From positions 2,368,001-2,432,000 of the forward strand of contig CBDCTZ010000016.1 in assembly GCA_965222375.1 (NCBI GenBank): a DNA stretch of 64,000 nt, written 5' to 3'. Below, piece by piece: positions 18,510 to 29,000 of the stretch. Within the stretch, counting starts at the first letter, position 1; each line of letters opens with the position of its first letter. Source of the DNA: Polyangiaceae bacterium (GTDB lineage: Bacteria; Myxococcota_A; Polyangia; Polyangiales; Polyangiaceae). Position numbers and translations under genes: made by a program. The notes under the pieces were generated by a model that saw only the letters and a program-made list of their open reading frames with translations, searched no databases and was not told the origin of the DNA.

Positions 18510-19394
18510 TCAGGGAGGTACGACCGCGCCGTAGATCTTGAAGTCGTCCAGCAACCCGCCGGCCGGGCCGGTTGGCCCACCGCTCACCGATGCGGCGCCG
18601 ATGGCGATTTGTCCCATGTCGTGAGACGTCACCTCGGGCGTGCCGTTCACGCTCGATTGGTACTTCGGCTCGGCTCCGTCGAAGTAGATGCGCACGGCCT
18701 GACCCGAAAGCGAAAAATCCCAGGTCACGGTGATGCGAACCCAGGTCAACGCTGTGAAGGAGTACTCGGACGCCGCCACCGATGTCGTGCGGACTCCGCC
18801 CTGCTTGTCCCGGAAGCTGACCTGAAACTGGTTTCCGAGTCCGTCGCCGACCTTGCGAACGACCATACCGTTGGCGCCGGATTCGAATCCGGGCGAAACG
18901 AAGAAACCATGCAGCTTGCCATCGAGTTGGCTCAGGTCGGGGCGATACCAGAAGTCGATGCTGCCCCGGGAGAGATCGAAGTTGCCTTTCTCTGGAAACT
19001 GGATGTACTGGCCGTCGGAATCCACGCGAATCGCGTCGCCGCACTTGCCCGGCTCGAAGTTGGCCGAGGGGATAGTCGTCGTGCCCGCACCGGAACCCGA
19101 TGCGGGCACCGTGATGTCCGGCAGCTTGTCTAGGGTCGTGTGTAAGAGCAGCGGCTGCCCTTGAACCGGCGCGCATCCAGGCGGCGTGCTCGCGTCGCCA
19201 TCGCTTCCTGCGTCGGCACCGGCGGAGCCCCCGCTGCCAGCCACCGCGGCTCCGCCACCTGCACCGCCCACGCCACCACTGCCGCTCGCGCCGCCTCCCG
19301 CATCCGATTGCGGTGCAGCTTGCCGACTCGAGGAACTCGAGCAGGCCAAGAAGGCTCCGAAAACCGTGCAGGCGAAGAGTAGCCGCAGCACCAC
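18510..19394 (-). CDS. LamG-like jellyroll lipoprotein
   Basis: FLAC lipobox; GSIDFWYRP, WVRITVTWD, RIYFDG, LLDDFKIY; start approximate. Confidence 0.75.
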   Translation of the reverse strand: MVLRLLFACTVFGAFLACSSSSSRQAAPQSDAGGGASGSGGVGGAGGGAAVAGSGGSAGADAGSDGDASTPPGCAPVQGQPLLLHTTLDKLPDITVPASGSGAGTTTIPSANFEPGKCGDAIRVDSDGQYIQFPEKGNFDLSRGSIDFWYRPDLSQLDGKLHGFFVSPGFESGANGMVVRKVGDGLGNQFQVSFRDKQGGVRTTSVAASEYSFTALTWVRITVTWDFSLSGQAVRIYFDGAEPKYQSSVNGTPEVTSHDMGQIAIGAASVSGGPTGPAGGLLDDFKIYGAVVPP

Positions 19395-19615
19395 GGCGGC
19401 ACGATACCACGCCCGCGACCCAGAACTCGGGGGCATCAGCCTTCGGAGTTGGGCCGAGTACGGGCGGGTTACTTCGAAGGCCACCTCAGCTACCGTCGTA
19501 GCGAGGGCGACAGCGAGGAACAGGAGTATCGCGGCAGTATCAACGAGCGACTGGCGACGAAGCAACGGGACGTCTGGTCCGGAATACCCGGGCAACTCCA
19601 ACGTAGCTGGCGCGG

Positions 19616-20929
19616 CTACAGCTTGACATCAACCGGGACGGAGCTGTCTGCGTGGGAGCCATTGCCGAGTTGCGCATCCTTGTTGGCGCCCCAACACTTG
19701 AGAGCGCCGGTAGTGAGCACCGCGCAACTGTGGAGCCCAGAGGACATGGCCGCGACGTTTGCGGTCAGGCCGCTGACGTCAGCCGGAACCAGGCTGTCTG
19801 CCTTGCTCCCGTTTCCAAGCTGACCGTGATCGTTGCGACCCCAACACTTGGCGGCTCCTGACGTCAGGATCGCGCAGGTATTGTCGAGGCCAGCGGCAGC
19901 GGCCGCGACGTTTGAGGTCAAGCCGCTGACAGCTACCGGGGCGAAGCCTGTTTTGGAGCCGTTGCCAAGTTGTCCTCGGTCGCTGTTGCCCCAACACTCG
20001 AGCCCGCCGGAGGCGCTCACTGCGCAGGCGTGATTGCTGCCAACTGAAATCGAGGCCACGTTCGCGGTGAGGCCGCCGACGTTTACGGGAACCGGACTGT
20101 CCGTTTTGGAGCCGTTGCCAAGCTGACCGTAGAAGTTGTTGCCCCAACACTTGACCCCACCGGACTTGACAAGGGCGCAGGTGTGAGCGCTGCCTGCAGA
20201 TACGGCCGCGATGTCGGCGGTCAAGCCAGTGACGTCGACCGGAGTAAGGCTGTCGATCTTCTTGCCGTTGCCGAGTTGACCTTGGCCGTTTTGTCCCCAG
20301 CACTTCAGGGCTCCGGAGGTCAAGACGGCGCAAGCGTGGTGGTCTCCACTGGAGATGGCGGTGACGCCAGTGACCAAGGCTTTGACGTCAACCGGCACTG
20401 GGCTCTGCGTCTTGGAGCCATCGCCGAGTTGACCGTGGTTGTTTTGCCCCCAGCATTTCACAGCGCCGGAGGTCAGCAGCGCGCAGGTGTGACTACTCCC
20501 GGCCGAGATCGCGGCTACCCCTGCTTCCAGGCCGCTGACGCTATCCGGAACAGGCGCTTGGTGCGTCTTGCCGTTGCCGACCTGGCCGTAGAGATTGAGG
20601 CCCCAACACTTCGCCGCTCCGGAGGTCAGGATGGCGCAGCTGTGGTGGAGTCCGACGGAAACAGCCGAGCCCAGCGCATTGGTGGAGCCGCCTTGGCCCG
20701 CGAAGCCCCCCGTGCTGGTGCCAGCAACACCGCCGACGCCCGCCATACCACCGGAGCCGGCTGCGCCGCCGGAGGTTGAGCCGGCTGCGCCGCTAGAGGC
20801 CGCTGCACCACCGGAGCTGGTCGCGCCGCCGGAGCCTGATGAGTCGTCCCCGCTACAGCCCAAGGCCGGGAACAGAAACGAGAGGAAAAGCGCTGGCACT
20901 GCCACCCGCATCAACGCGTCCCCCACCAT
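19616..20929 (-). CDS. RCC1-repeat lipoprotein
   Basis: Seven HxCA...KCWGxNxxGQLGxG repeats; ALGC lipobox. Confidence 0.9.
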   Translation of the reverse strand: MVGDALMRVAVPALFLSFLFPALGCSGDDSSGSGGATSSGGAAASSGAAGSTSGGAAGSGGMAGVGGVAGTSTGGFAGQGGSTNALGSAVSVGLHHSCAILTSGAAKCWGLNLYGQVGNGKTHQAPVPDSVSGLEAGVAAISAGSSHTCALLTSGAVKCWGQNNHGQLGDGSKTQSPVPVDVKALVTGVTAISSGDHHACAVLTSGALKCWGQNGQGQLGNGKKIDSLTPVDVTGLTADIAAVSAGSAHTCALVKSGGVKCWGNNFYGQLGNGSKTDSPVPVNVGGLTANVASISVGSNHACAVSASGGLECWGNSDRGQLGNGSKTGFAPVAVSGLTSNVAAAAAGLDNTCAILTSGAAKCWGRNDHGQLGNGSKADSLVPADVSGLTANVAAMSSGLHSCAVLTTGALKCWGANKDAQLGNGSHADSSVPVDVKL

Positions 20930-21082
20930 ATCGTTGCACTCGTGTTGATTGTCGTCGCTTGGGCGCCATCGGCCCGTCAGGAAATCAGGAGCTCACGCCG
21001 GCACCCTTCAAACCACAGCATACCACGAACTCGGGTGGTGGCCTTGGCGGGGCCGCGCAGGCGCGAAATGTACGCAGCGCAC

Positions 21083-21108
21083 CTCGTCGCATGGGTGGTC
21101 GATGAATC
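21083..21108 (+). mobile_element. L end (L3)
   Basis: CTC|GTCGCATGGGTGGTCGATGAATC. Confidence 0.5.
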
Positions 21109-21366
21109 CAAGTTGGTGAGTCCCCCTGCAGCACCTGGCGACAACGCTGCCAGCGCTGACTATTCTCTGCCGCCGCGTTAGAGTCCCGCCGCGGTGACGG
21201 CGGACGAAGATAGTGGCACTCTGATCGAAGCGATTTCGGTCGTCGATCATCGGCGACGATCAGGTCCTGGGCGGGGCCAGCGCTTGGAGCTCGCCGCGAG
21301 TTCTCCAGCGAACCGCTCGTCTTGCCTCGTGGCTATTCCCTCTACCCGCAGCGGAACAACTGAGTC

Positions 21367-23031
21367 ATGAACGCCGCGTGGGTATGCATCGCCGGGCTCG
21401 CGGTTTTCTTCTTGGGCTATCGCTTCTATTCTCGGTTCCTCGCTGACCGCGTCTTTGGCCTCCAAGCCGATGAGCCGGTGCCCGCCCACGCCAAGGCCGA
21501 CGGCGTCGACTACGTTCCGACTCCGCGCGCCGTGCTGTTCGGTCACCACTACTCGTCGATTGCCGGGGCCGCGCCGATCATTGGTCCTGCCATAGCCGTG
21601 GTTTGGGGTTGGGTTCCCGCCATCGTCTGGGTGGTCTTGGGCAGCGTGCTGATGGGGGCGGTGCACGACTTTTCGACCCTCGTGCTCTCGGTGCGCAGCG
21701 GTGGCCAGAGCATCGGTCAGCTCAGCGCCAAGGTCATCGGGCCGCGCACGCGCCCGTTGTTCTTGCTGGTCATCTACTTCCTGATCATGTTGGTGATCGC
21801 GGTATTCGCGAAGGCGATCGCCACATTGTTTGTCGCGCACCCGGGCACGGTGTTGCCCATCAACTTCGAGATCATCGTCGCGCTGGTGATCGGTTGGTTG
21901 TGCTACCGAAAGAAAGCAAAGCTGCTATGGCCATCCCTGGCCGCCCTGGCGGCCCTCTACGTGATGGTCTGGGTGGGCACGTTGGTGCCGATTCGACTCT
22001 CGGGCCTGGTCGGTGCAGAAAACCAACACTTGGCGTGGGTGGTGTTGCTGCTGGTCTATTCCTTCGTTGCCAGCGTGCTGCCGGTGTGGACGCTGCTGCA
22101 ACCGCGCGACTACATCAACAGTCATCAATTGCTGGTGGGCCTGGCACTCTTGATCCTCGGTATCTTGGTCGCGCAGCCCCTGATCACCGCCCCCGCTTTC
22201 GCAACGGCTCCGGCGGATGCGCCCAGCATGCTGCCGTTCCTATTCGTGACCATCGCCTGCGGGGCGATCAGCGGTTTCCACGGTCTGGTGTCGTCAGGCA
22301 CGACCAGCAAGCAGATCGCTAACGCTCGGGATTGCCGAACCATCGGCTACGGCGGCATGCTCGGTGAGGGGCTCTTGGCACTGCTCGCCACCCTGGCTGT
22401 CAGTGCCGGCTTGGCAGACTGGGCGGCGCACTATCATTCCTTCGCGGCTGCAGCCAAAGGCGGCATCGCGGCCTTCGTCGAGGGCGCATCGACATTTCTG
22501 ACAGCGCTGGGCCTGCCACGTGGACCATCTCAAATCCTGGTAGCGGTGATGGTGATCTCCTTCGCGGCAACCAGCTTGGATACCGGGGTGCGGATTCAGC
22601 GCTACATCTTGCACGAGCTCGGGGAGCTGTACGGCATCCGGGCGCTGTCCAATCGCTTTGTGGCTGGCGGGTTGGCAGTGGTGCCAGCGCTGCTGCTGTA
22701 CCTGACCGGTCAGGAAGGCAACCTTTGGCCGCTGTTTGGCGCGAGCAACCAGCTGCTCGCCGGGCTGTCGCTGGTGGTGGTGACAGTTTGGATGGTCCGC
22801 GCCCGGCGCCCGTGGGTTTACACCGGCATTCCAATGCTGCTCGTTCTCGGCATTGCCGGCACGTCGATGGCACTCAACCTCGCCAAGTATCTGCACACCC
22901 AGAACTACCTCCTTCTAGTCGTGGGCGCGGTGATCTCCGCTCTTCTGGTCTGGGTGGTTCTTGAAGGGATTACCGCCGTGTTGCGGCACTTACGCGCCCC
23001 GGTTGGTGCTGGCGCCCCGACGGACGACTGA
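21367..23031 (+). CDS. cstA: Carbon starvation protein A family transporter
   Basis: DGVDYVPT, FGHHYSSIAGAAPIIGP, LLQPRDY, IACGAISGFHGLVSSGTTSKQ, WPLFGASNQLLA. Confidence 0.95.
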   Translation: MNAAWVCIAGLAVFFLGYRFYSRFLADRVFGLQADEPVPAHAKADGVDYVPTPRAVLFGHHYSSIAGAAPIIGPAIAVVWGWVPAIVWVVLGSVLMGAVHDFSTLVLSVRSGGQSIGQLSAKVIGPRTRPLFLLVIYFLIMLVIAVFAKAIATLFVAHPGTVLPINFEIIVALVIGWLCYRKKAKLLWPSLAALAALYVMVWVGTLVPIRLSGLVGAENQHLAWVVLLLVYSFVASVLPVWTLLQPRDYINSHQLLVGLALLILGILVAQPLITAPAFATAPADAPSMLPFLFVTIACGAISGFHGLVSSGTTSKQIANARDCRTIGYGGMLGEGLLALLATLAVSAGLADWAAHYHSFAAAAKGGIAAFVEGASTFLTALGLPRGPSQILVAVMVISFAATSLDTGVRIQRYILHELGELYGIRALSNRFVAGGLAVVPALLLYLTGQEGNLWPLFGASNQLLAGLSLVVVTVWMVRARRPWVYTGIPMLLVLGIAGTSMALNLAKYLHTQNYLLLVVGAVISALLVWVVLEGITAVLRHLRAPVGAGAPTDD

Positions 23032-23103
23032 AACTCGCCTCCATCGACAATGAGGCTGAGCTCGGAAATCTCTCCTTTGGTGACGAGGCGGACCGCCCCA
23101 GGG

Positions 23104-23685
23104 CTAGGGTTGGAGGAAGCTGCAGCCAGATTGGCAGTCGGCGAGCCAGCAGTCGGAGATGGGCTTGAAAAGTGGGAGAGCGCTGGCGCAACTAGCGCAA
23201 GTTGTTGAGGCGCAGCTCAGCCCCTTGCTTCCGCAGTAGGCGAGGTAGCACTCCAGCAAGTCGGTGCAGACCGGGTCGGCGAGGCAGGTTTCAATCTGAG
23301 CGCAGCACGACTGCTGGGTGCACAGGTTGCAGGTACCGGTCCCCGTTGAAACCTCTTGGCAGGAGGACCAGAGCCTGTTGCTGGGGCAGACGATGCTGCC
23401 ACCCGAGCCGCCGGAGCCGCCGCCGCTGGTTCCGCCGGTTGCAACACCGCCGGTGGCGCTGGAGCCACCGCCGCCCGTGGCTGCCCCGCCGGAGCCGCCG
23501 CCGCCGGACGAACCGCCGGTGTTCAAGGCGATGCAGGTGCCGGTGGTGTCGCAGACGAAACCGGCGGGGCAGGCACCACCGTCGGCACAGCTGATGGGGT
23601 TACCGCCGCCGGAGCCGCCGGAGCTGCAGGCGACGAGCGCGCCGGCGAGCGCCGAGATGAGGACGGAACGGGTGCGGAAGATCAT
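23104..23685 (-). CDS. Cys-rich lipoprotein
   Basis: LVAC lipobox, Gly linker, CNLCTQQSCC...C pattern. Confidence 0.7.
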   Translation of the reverse strand: MIFRTRSVLISALAGALVACSSGGSGGGNPISCADGGACPAGFVCDTTGTCIALNTGGSSGGGGSGGAATGGGGSSATGGVATGGTSGGGSGGSGGSIVCPSNRLWSSCQEVSTGTGTCNLCTQQSCCAQIETCLADPVCTDLLECYLAYCGSKGLSCASTTCASCASALPLFKPISDCWLADCQSGCSFLQP

Positions 23686-23859
23686 CGAGGCGTTGATGCG
23701 TGCAGGAAACACGAACCGTTGCACGGCCGCAACTCGTGGGCCGTGCGCCGCGAAAGTTGTGAGTTTCCGCGCCGGGGCGGCCTGGACTCTGGCGTCTGGG
23801 TCGAGTGGCGAATCCGCTCGCCGGTACTAGTCGAAGGGCAGTGGCCGACCTCGCCCAGC

Positions 23860-23924
23860 CGACCCATCACTGCCGCGCGTTGTACGAGGAGCGAAAAATA
23901 CGACTCAAACCAAACCAAACCAAC
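23860..23924 (+). mobile_element. R end (copy D)
   Basis: CGACCCATCACTGCCGCGCGTTGTACGAGGAGCGAAAAATACGACTCAAACCAAACCAAACCAAC. Confidence 0.75.
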
Positions 23925-24173
23925 AAGTAGAAGCCATTCGTCTTCCCATATGCCCGCGTTCGCAGTTGTCGTTTTCGCAACGGATGCTGGTCCCGCCTCG
24001 AGCGTAGAAGCGGCTCGCTTCTCCAGCGTCGGTGCCCTGACTCGGTGACGAACACGACAGAAGATCAACGTTCTTCTCGTTTGCGAACGACACGCAAGAC
24101 GTGCGCAATTTGTCTCTCGACCAAGCCCTCGCTCTGGCGTCGAATCGCGCAAGAAGTGCGTCCTCTGCGCGGC

Positions 24174-24201
24174 TTGCCTTCCCTAGGTCGTCCCCTATAA
24201 T
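24174..24201 (+). promoter_or_regulatory. Sigma70-like promoter of the PFOR-Rnf operon
   Basis: TTGCCT-16 bp-TATAAT, 27 nt upstream of ATG 24229. Confidence 0.55.
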
Positions 24202-24228
24202 TCGCCCCCTTCACCCGAGAGTAACCTG

Positions 24229-25086
24229 ATGAGCGTCGACACAGCGGAGCTGGGACCCTTCGCCGAGGGGGTCATCAAGAAGACTCGGCGAATCACCCGA
24301 GAGGACACCGTAGAAGTGCGGGAGATCCAGTTGCACATTGCCGATCCGGCGCTGCGCTACGTCGAAGGGCAGAGCATTGGGGTGGCCGTGCCGGGACCGC
24401 ACGAATTCGGCAACAAGTTTCACGTGCGCCGATACACGATCGCTGGGCTCCAGGACCGCAATTACGAAGGCGTGGACCTCGAATTGGTGGTGCGGCGTTG
24501 CGACTACGTCGATGACTACAGCGGCGAGAAGTACCCGGGCATTGCGTCCAATTTTCTGTGTGACGCCAAGCCCGGTGCCAAGATCAACGTTCTCGGTCCG
24601 TACCCGAACCCATTCAAGATCCCCACGGACGACACAGCCAACCTGTTGATGATCGGCACCGGAACGGGGATCGCGCCTTTCCGGGCATTCATCAAGCACA
24701 TCTATGATGAGCGCGGTGGGTGGAAGGGCGACGTTCGATTGTTCTACGGGGCGGAAACAGGGCTGGACCTGTACTACATGAACGACGTCGACGATGACCT
24801 CACGAACTACCTGACCAAGGAGACCTTCGAGGTGATCAAGGCGGTGGCGGGGCGGCCGATGATGAGCGCCGAGCAAGGGCTCGAGCACGGGCTGGACGAA
24901 AACGCCGCCGCGGTGTGGGAGATGCTGCGAAAGCCCAATACCCATGTATTCCTCTCCGGGCTGCAGCGGGTGGCGACCGCGTTCGACAAGGTCATGGCGA
25001 AAACGGCCGGCTCCGAGCGATCCTGGGAGGACCTCAAGCAGCAGCTTCGCGACCAAGAGCGGTGGTCGGAGCTGCTGTACCCCTAG
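24229..25086 (+). CDS. Ferredoxin-NADP+ reductase-like (FNR family) protein
   Basis: RRYTIA, GIASNFLCD, GPY, MIGTGTGIAPFRAF, LFYGA. Confidence 0.85.
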   Translation: MSVDTAELGPFAEGVIKKTRRITREDTVEVREIQLHIADPALRYVEGQSIGVAVPGPHEFGNKFHVRRYTIAGLQDRNYEGVDLELVVRRCDYVDDYSGEKYPGIASNFLCDAKPGAKINVLGPYPNPFKIPTDDTANLLMIGTGTGIAPFRAFIKHIYDERGGWKGDVRLFYGAETGLDLYYMNDVDDDLTNYLTKETFEVIKAVAGRPMMSAEQGLEHGLDENAAAVWEMLRKPNTHVFLSGLQRVATAFDKVMAKTAGSERSWEDLKQQLRDQERWSELLYP

Positions 25087-25106
25087 GCAGCCTGGAGCGG
25101 AGCGCC

Positions 25107-25976
25107 TTGTTAGCGAGCGTACTGACAGCGATAGCAACGACGGGCGCGCTGACCCTTGTGTTGGCTACGCTGCTGATCGGCGCCAACCGCAAGCTGCACG
25201 TGGCCGAGGATCCGCGCATCGACGTGGTGGAGGAGCTGTTGCCGGCGGCCAACTGTGGTGCGTGCGGCTTTCCGGGCTGCAGGCCCTTCGCCGAAGCCCT
25301 CGTCGCCGGCACGACCACGCCGGGCAAGTGCACCGTCAGCCCCGAGGCGGGGCACAAGCGCATTGCGGACTTTCTGGGTGTAGACGTCGGCGGTGAAGAG
25401 AAACGCGTGGCCCGCCTCGCTTGCGCAGGGGCCAGCAACGTGGCGCGGGATCGGGCGAAATACCTCGGCACTTCCAGCTGTGCGGCGGCCAACCTGGTGG
25501 CGGGTGGCGGCAAGGGCTGCTCCTGGGGCTGCCTGGGGCTGGCCGACTGCGAAGTGGCCTGTGGCTTCGACGCCATAGTCATGAACGAGCAAGGGCTGCC
25601 CGTGGTCGACGAGGTGAAGTGCACTGCCTGCGGCGACTGCGTGGACGCCTGCCCCAAGAACCTGTTCTCGATTCACCCAGTCAGCCACCGACTGTGGGTC
25701 GCCTGCAGCTCGCTCGAGCACGGCGACGAGGTGGAGGAGGACTGCGAGGTGGCGTGCACGGCCTGTGGGCGGTGCGCTTTGGACGAACCGGAAGCGGTGA
25801 CCATGGCCTCGAACCTGGCCGTGGTCGACTACAGCCGGCCCATCAAGACGAGCCGGGCGATCGAACGCTGTCCCACGGGCGCGATCGTTTGGCTCGAGCC
25901 CGGCGGCGGGATCCGTAAGGGGTCCGCGGCCAAGAAGGTCATCCGCCTCGGCGTGCGCCGAACCGCACCCACGTGA
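25107..25976 (+). CDS. rnfB: Rnf complex subunit B
   Basis: N-terminal TM, LPAANCGACGFPGC, CSWGCLGLADC, CTACGDCVDACP; TTG start inferred. Confidence 0.9.
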   Translation: MLASVLTAIATTGALTLVLATLLIGANRKLHVAEDPRIDVVEELLPAANCGACGFPGCRPFAEALVAGTTTPGKCTVSPEAGHKRIADFLGVDVGGEEKRVARLACAGASNVARDRAKYLGTSSCAAANLVAGGGKGCSWGCLGLADCEVACGFDAIVMNEQGLPVVDEVKCTACGDCVDACPKNLFSIHPVSHRLWVACSSLEHGDEVEEDCEVACTACGRCALDEPEAVTMASNLAVVDYSRPIKTSRAIERCPTGAIVWLEPGGGIRKGSAAKKVIRLGVRRTAPT

Positions 25977-26042
25977 ACGACCTACCCAACGACTTAGTCA
26001 ACCCTGACTAACCCGCACCCACCCGGAAAGGGAGCCGAAAAA

Positions 26043-29000
26043 ATGTCAGAACGAGGGCAATTCAAGTACCCCGGCACGCGCGCAGCGATGGACGGCAACA
26101 CCGCGGTCATCATGTGTGAGCGGGAGTCGACAGATGCCGCCGGCGCCTACCCCATCACGCCCTCGACTCAGATGGGCGAGTACTGGGCCGAGGAGACGGC
26201 CCGGGGTCATCTGAACGTCTCCAATCGGCCACTGATCTTCGTGGAACCCGAGGGTGAACACGCCGCCGCGGGCGTCACCGCGGGCATGGCCATGTCCGGT
26301 CTGCGGGCGGCCAACTTCTCGTCGGGCCAGGGCATTGCGTACATGCACGAGTCCCTCTACGCGGCGGTCGGCAAACGCTTGACCTACGTGCTGAACATCG
26401 GCGCGCGGGCCATGACCAAGGCCAACCTGAACGTGCACGCCGGCCACGACGACTATCACTGCGTCGACGACACCGGTTTCTTCCAGCTGTTCGCCAAGAA
26501 CGCTCAGCACGCGGCAGACCTCAACATCATCGCGCACCGGATCGCCGAGCTGGCCCTGACCCCGGCGGTGATCGCTCAGGACGGGTTTCTGACCACGCAC
26601 CTGATCGAATCGCTTCAGGTGCCGGAGCGGGAGCTGATCGCGGAGTACCTGGGTCGTCCCGACGACATCATCGACACGCCCACCGCGGCGCAGCGGATGA
26701 TCTATGGCGACAAGCGCCGTCGGATCCCGGTGCTCTGGGACGTGGACAACCCCGTGATGGCGGGTTTGGTGCAAAACCAGGACGCCTACATGCAATCCGT
26801 GGCGGCGCAGCGGCCGTTCTTTTTCGATCACGTCGGCACCCTCGCGGATCAGGCCTTCGACGAGTTCTACAAGCTCACCGGGCGGCGGTACTCCAAGGTG
26901 ATGCCGTACCGCTGCGATGATGCCGACTACCTGATCCTCTCCCAGGGCTCGGTCATCCCCAGCGCCGAGGCGGTTACGGACTACCTACGAGACACACGCA
27001 AGCTCAAGGTGGGCGTGGTCGATCTGTTGATGTTTCGGCCGTTCCCGGCGGCCGAGCTCGCCCAGCTGGTGCGCGGACGCAAGGGCGTTGTGGTGCTGGA
27101 GCGGTTGGACCAGCCCCTCGCTGTGGATCTGCCGGTGGTGCGCGAGCTGCGCGCGGCCTTGGCCAAGTGCCTGGAGAACGGGCGCGACCCGAGGCAGCCC
27201 CAGCACCCCGACTTGCCGACCTACGCCAAGCTGACGGACGCGCCACCCATCTACTCGGGCAGCTTCGGCATGGGCAGCCGCGATCTACAACCCGAGGGGC
27301 TGATCGGCGCCATCGAGAACATGCTGCCGGACGGGCCGAAGAAGCGCTTCTTCTACACGTCCATCGACTTCGTGCACAAGAAGCCCGAGTCGCCCAAACT
27401 GCGGCTGCACCAGGACACCATTCTCCAGGGCTACCCGGGCGTGAAGGACCTGGCCGTGCGCGGTTCGGAGAATCCGAACCTGATGCCGAAGGACAGCGTG
27501 ACCGTGCGCTTCCACTCGGTGGGTGGCTGGGGCGCCATCACCACCGGCAAGAACCTGGCGATGACGCTGTTCGACCTGCTGGGCTTTCACATCAAGGCGA
27601 ACCCGAAGTACGGGTCGGAAAAGAAAGGCCAGCCGACCACCTACTACCTGTCCGCGGCACCGGAGCCGATCCGCATCAACTGCGAATACTTCTACGTGGA
27701 CGTGGTTCTGTCGCCGGATCCCAACGTGTTCAAGCACACGAACGCACTGGCCGGGCTGCGCGAGGGCGGCACCTTCATCATCGAGAGCGATGGCCGGTCG
27801 CCCGAGGAAGTGTGGGCGTACATCCCGCCCATGTATCAGAAGGTCATCATCGAAAAGAAGATCGAGGTCTACGCGTTGGACGGTTTCAACATCGCCCGGG
27901 CCGAGGCTAGCGACGCCGATCTGCAGCTGCGCATGCAGGGCAACGTCTTCCAGGGCGCGTTTTTCGCCGCCTCGCCGGTGGCCGAGAAGGCGGGCCTGAG
28001 CGAGACGCAGCTGCTCGAGGCAATTCAGGCTCAGATGCAGTCCAAGTTCGGCAGCAAAGGCCAGCGCGTGGTGGACGACAACATGCGCGTGGTGCGGCGC
28101 GGCTGGGACGAGGTGCGCAAGGTCCCGACCCAGGCGGTCACAGAGCAACAACAGGGGATGCGCTTACTCGGGCCGCCCCTGCCGCCGATGCTCAAGCGCC
28201 TGCCGCAGAGCGAGGCACCCATGACCGACATCCATCGGTTCTGGGAGCAGACTGGCGCGTTCTATGCGGCGGGTCGTGGTGACGACCAGCTGACGGATCC
28301 CTTCATCGGTCTGGGCGTAATGCCGGCGGTGAGCTCGGTGTTCCGTGACATGACTGGCATCCGCTTCGACCACCCGGAGTTCATCCCGGAAAACTGCACA
28401 GCTTGCGGTGATTGTTACACCGTGTGCCCAGACACGGCCATTCCCGGCCTCGTCAGCGAAGTGCGCTCGGTTTTCGACACTGCCATCAAGCGGCTCCGAA
28501 AACGGGGCAAGACCCTGGAGCACGCACCGAGGGCTTCCCGCAGTGCTGAGCAGATCCTCAAGGGATTGCTCGCCGATTCGGGCAAGGACGCCAACGTCGA
28601 CGGGCTGATCGACATGGCCTTCGAGCAGGCGGTCAATCAGGCCGACCTGGACGCGGCAGGCAAGAAGCAGCTGGAGAGCGAGTTTGCGCTGGTGCGCGAA
28701 GAGCTCGACGGCTTTCAGATGGCCATCACCCGGCCGCACTACACGTTGCTGGAGAAGAAGGCCAAAGGCTCAGGCGGCTTGTTCAGTATCACGATCAACC
28801 CTTACACCTGCAAGGGCTGCATGGAGTGCGTCACCGTGTGCAACGACGATGCGCTGCGCGCCGTGAGTCAAACCGAGGAGTCGATCGCCAAGTTGCGCAA
28901 GACCTGGGACTTCTGGCTGGACATGCCGACCACGCCGGAGCGTTTCATCAAGATCGCGAACCTCGAGGAGGGCATCGGGACCTTATCTGCGCTGCTGCTG

